Shown: in pieces, positions 34,238-35,481 of the stretch | How the letters are laid out: each line of letters starts with the position of its first letter | Numbering within the stretch: the stretch's first letter is position 1 | From: a virus | Length of the DNA stretch: 35,481 bases | IMG/VR virus record: IMGVR_UViG_3300031565_000179 | Direction: 5' to 3' (one strand) | Position numbers and translations under genes: made by a program | The notes under the pieces: generated by a model | Database searches by the model: none | What the model was told of the DNA's origin: nothing | The model's input: only the letters and a program-made list of their open reading frames with translations

Positions 34238-34441
34238 ATGATAAACGGCGACGTCATTTATTGCGATTGTTGCGGGTCCGAAAAGCTGGCCCAGGTCGTC
34301 GGCGATAGCCTGGTAATCAAGGACCGCCGGCATGGGGAAAAGCACGTCGCCGTAATCAAGGTCGCCGACTTGCTTGACATATTGAACCGGAAAGGGGACA
34401 ATATCGTCAAGGACCAGGCCGCGGTTACGGCCGAAACTTAA
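34238..34441 (+). CDS. Small hypothetical protein (CDCC...H..H)
   Basis: 67 aa from ATG 34238. The track start at 34130 overlaps the previous gene. Confidence 0.45.
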   Translation: MINGDVIYCDCCGSEKLAQVVGDSLVIKDRRHGEKHVAVIKVADLLDILNRKGDNIVKDQAAVTAET

Positions 34442-34459
34442 CAACCGAATATCAGGCGG

Positions 34460-34533
34460 CGCGGGTAGGACAACCGGCAAGTCGTCGGCCCCATTAGCCG
34501 AAGGACGGGGTTCAATTCCCCGACCCGCTACCA
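34460..34533 (+). tRNA. tRNA with CAU anticodon, initiator (fMet)-like, CCA encoded
   Basis: Cloverleaf folded by hand:
- Acceptor CGCGGGU/ACCCGCU with a C1xU72 mismatch.
- D stem GAC(A)/(A)GUC.
- Anticodon stem UCGGC/GCCGA with loop CCCAUUA.
- T arm CGGGG-UUCAAUU-CCCCG.
- A73, then CCA.

The architecture is very similar to E. coli tRNA-fMet. Confidence 0.7.
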
Positions 34534-34559
34534 ATGACCGCCCGAAAGTTGGCCCGACC

Positions 34560-34600
34560 GACCCCGTTGACGGATAACCGTCTTCGGGGTCTTTTATTTT
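34560..34600 (+). terminator. Strong rho-independent terminator
   Basis: gaccccg-tt-gacgg-ataa-ccgtc-tt-cggggtc (34560-34591), followed by TTTTATTTT. Confidence 0.8.
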
Positions 34601-34623
34601 ACGGCCTGGTCGGGACGAAGGAA

Positions 34624-34833
34624 ATGGAGTGCCCGAATTGCAAAGCGGAATTGAAATTGAACGAAGAACTATCCCGCGGAATGGGGAACCAGGCATTCTT
34701 CGAATGCCCCCGTTGCGGGCTTGCCGCGTTGTATTCGGGCGATATTCTAACGCAATGCTGGCCGCCCCAGGGCGACCAGGAAGGGGGTCCTAAATGCCAT
34801 TCGGACCATACGGCGACTTCAACGATTGCGTAA
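34624..34833 (+). CDS. Zinc-ribbon protein
   Basis: 69 aa from ATG 34624 (RBS GAAGGA). Contains CPNC...CPRC. The track start at 34534 would overlap the tRNA 3' end and the terminator. The 3' end overlaps the protease gene start by 40 nt. Confidence 0.45.
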   Translation: MECPNCKAELKLNEELSRGMGNQAFFECPRCGLAALYSGDILTQCWPPQGDQEGGPKCHSDHTATSTIA

Positions 34834-35481
34834 TGAAGAACGGGGACAAATCGAACCCCGAAGCCTTTTGCGCGTGGCTTGAACATAAGATAACGGGGGC
34901 CTGGCCTGGTCACTTATCGGCCGACAAGTACCCCGAACAATTCTGGACCGCTTACGACGCCGCCTTGTCCGCGAAGAAGGCCGACAAGGAAGCTTACCAG
35001 GAAGCGGTCACGGCGGCCGAAGCCGCCGGTTATTCATTGACCCGCTTCGGTTGGGTCAAGGAATTCCAGGCCCCGAACATGAAGACCATTACCGGCGTTC
35101 GTGTTTTCGGGTCCGGAACCTGGACCGATAGCGCGGGGTTCGAACGAACCTGGTCGGACCAGGACCTTGACAATATGATTGCCGCTTTTGCGGCGGGGGT
35201 TCCCGCCGTCGTCCCGCTTAAATGCGGGCATACGTCCGACGAATTCAATATGCGGATAGCGGAAGCCCTGGGCGTTCCCGTCGAAAACGTGACGGGGGAC
35301 CACGGCCAGGGTCAAATTGCTTTGGGGCGAATGGTCGCCCTTCAGCGGAAGGGAAGCTGGAATATAGCTTCCTTTGACAAGGTCCCCGAACCTATCGCCA
35401 ACTTGATTGAAGGCGGCCAATACTCGACCGTGTCGGTCGAGATTGAAGACGAAGTCGGGGAATACGGCCCCGTAATAACGG
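34794..35481 (+). CDS. Prohead protease/scaffold fusion protein, 5' portion (runs off the window end and continues at base 128)
   Basis: ATG 34794 lies 7 nt after AAGGGGG. The ORF is absent from the track because no stop occurs before the window end. Translation MPFGPYGDFNDCVMKNGDKSNPEAFCAWLEHKITG...VFGSGTWTD...PLKCGHTSDEF resembles Mu gpI-type head protease N-termini. The frame is continuous with ORF 49..1287 through the overlap. Confidence 0.6.
   Translation, partial: MPFGPYGDFNDCVMKNGDKSNPEAFCAWLEHKITGAWPGHLSADKYPEQFWTAYDAALSAKKADKEAYQEAVTAAEAAGYSLTRFGWVKEFQAPNMKTITGVRVFGSGTWTDSAGFERTWSDQDLDNMIAAFAAGVPAVVPLKCGHTSDEFNMRIAEALGVPVENVTGDHGQGQIALGRMVALQRKGSWNIASFDKVPEPIANLIEGGQYSTVSVEIEDEVGEYGPVIT
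35355..35481. repeat. Second copy of the 127-bp terminal overlap
   Basis: Identical to 1-127. An ORF reads straight through the junction in frame. Confidence 0.95.

Noticed and set aside
34534-34623. Track start 34534 for the 99-aa ORF
   Set aside because: That start lies at the CCA end of the tRNA, and the ORF would run through a strong terminator. ATG 34624 with a GAAGGA RBS is more plausible.

Overview
The window is a complete, circularly closed tailed-phage genome. Bases 1-127 are identical to 35355-35481, giving a unique length of about 35,354 bp. All roughly 55 convincing genes are on the + strand, and I found no integrase or CRISPR array. Reading circularly, the order is:
- Packaging and head: small-terminase candidate, TerL, Mu-type portal, MuF-like protein, tRNA plus terminator, and a protease/scaffold gene spanning the junction (34794..35481 joined to 128..1287). 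These are followed by a decoration protein and a lambda-E-like major capsid protein.
- A beta-helix gene cassette.
- Neck and tail: tail tube, G/GT chaperone with a -1 frameshift site, a very short tape-measure candidate and a 1401-aa multidomain tail protein.
- Fibre-like protein and a small membrane protein.
- A 370-bp non-coding region.
- Early and middle operons driven by TTGACA-N17/18-TACAAT promoters. They encode DUF932, a stand-alone Spo11/Topo VI-A-like protein, a lipoprotein, an RHH regulator, a replication initiator with internal iterons, a DnaC-like loader and a RuvC-like resolvase. They also carry a cluster with radical-SAM, DUF1643 and ASCH genes, a permuted-papain hydrolase and an Rmf-like protein.

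The most unusual signals:
1. The trinucleotide GAG/CTC is almost absent genome-wide.
2. Nearly every gene uses a GAAAGGGGGA ribosome-binding site instead of GGAGG.
3. An initiator-like tRNA(CAU) differs from the bacterial consensus exactly where that consensus contains GAG or CTC.
4. A stand-alone Spo11/Topo VI-A-like protein keeps all catalytic motifs.

All functional calls come from reading motifs by eye; no database search was run.
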